DNA of 64,000 nucleotides from Marsupella aquatica. Lineage: Eukaryota; Plantae; Marchantiophyta. The notes beneath the pieces are model-generated. The model made no database searches. It was not told where the DNA came from and worked only from the letters and a program-made list of their open reading frames with translations. Both the position numbers and the translations under genes were made by a program. How positions within the stretch are numbered: position 1 is the first letter of the stretch; every line of letters starts with the position of its first letter. The stretch covers positions 20,340,857-20,404,856 of the forward strand of contig OZ316893.1 in assembly GCA_973895155.1 (NCBI GenBank). Reading direction: 5' to 3'. Below, piece after piece: positions 63,177-64,000 of this stretch.

Positions 63177-64000
63177 GATGTGTTACTTCCTGTTTTATTC
63201 GATCTGATCTGCGGCATGCGTAAGTATTCCTTCTGGGAGTTTCGTACCGGTACCTTGGGAATATATCTTACACTTTTCGCTGATGATTTTGAGTCCTGAT
63301 TCTCCTGCCTCCATCGGATTTTTGGTTCGTACGTCTCTTGGAACCTGTCACCAATCGTCATATGCCCAATATTTGAAATCAGTGCTAATCCTTCTTTTTA
63401 GTTTAATCTTGATTGCTGTTCTTGGGAACGTTCTTCTGTGCGTTACCTGAATTAGCATAACTTCAGTTTGTTGTGATTGTTATTCCTGTCCTAAATTACA
63501 CATGGATTTACGTACTATTGCACTTTACTTATAAGCAGATTCATTCGTGCTGTTGGCCCTAGGACGTCGCCTACTCCATCGTTTTGCTTTGGAAGACTTT
63601 GTTAAGCTCCTAGACAATTTATCTTGAGACTGCATGTTTTGAATTGAACATTTGCGCATTTGCACAGAGTACTTATCTTTCAGGTTGATAGCGTCGTGGG
63701 TTTTCGGCTCGACAGCAGCAATGGCCATGTGGCTGCTCTTTTCACCAACTTTGCTCCGCTTTACTTCGCTCCCGCTCCCGCTCCCGCTCCGGTCCCCTTC
63801 CTCCATCTGGCCAAAGCTCTGGAATGATCTTCAAAACCTAAGTTAACAAAGATAAATAGATAAAGTAGAGATTTAGGTTTCAATTGGTGTTCTACGTAAA
63901 TTCCCTTTCTACTTTCACTCGAAATATTTTCCTCTATTTAGCAGTACCTTAGAAGTCTGACATTAGCCAATTCATGTGGTGGGTTTTGTAGTTTTAGAGG

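Larger units (their letters stand above)
53996..63828 (-). mobile_element. Full-length L1-clade LINE insertion (~9.8 kb) with poly(A) tail and 14-16-bp TSD
   Basis: T13 tract at 53996-54008 (poly(A) on minus). TSD cttcaaaacctaag(tt) at 53982-53995(97) and 63829-63842(44). Encloses ORF1, ORF2 and a CRE-like fragment. Confidence 0.88.

Overview
Eukaryotic nuclear DNA from a land plant, probably a non-seed plant such as a liverwort (inferred from intron style and gene/TE content; not certain). Host genes: the 3' end of an RDR6-like RNA-dependent RNA polymerase, a frameshifted KIN17 pseudogene, a complete 19-exon plasma-membrane H+-ATPase (penultimate-Thr type, two GC-AG introns), a 2-exon ANT1-like amino-acid transporter, an 11-exon plastid-type alpha/beta hydrolase on the minus strand, and a probable 3-exon proline-tailed gene of unknown function that the ORF track shows only in part. 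The right end holds a ~9.8-kb non-LTR retrotransposon insertion (53996-63828) bounded by a poly(A) tail and a 14-16-bp target-site duplication (TSD). It carries L1-type ORF1 and an intact ORF2, plus a co-oriented 5'-truncated CRE-clade (restriction-like endonuclease) retroelement in its 5' leader. Also present are a TSD-flanked tRNA-related SINE family (2 clear copies), a foldback MITE, a dispersed repeat family, several tandem arrays and a dense GTAC (SBP-box core) cluster upstream of the ATPase. No prokaryotic or CRISPR features. All family assignments come from recalled motifs, not database searches.
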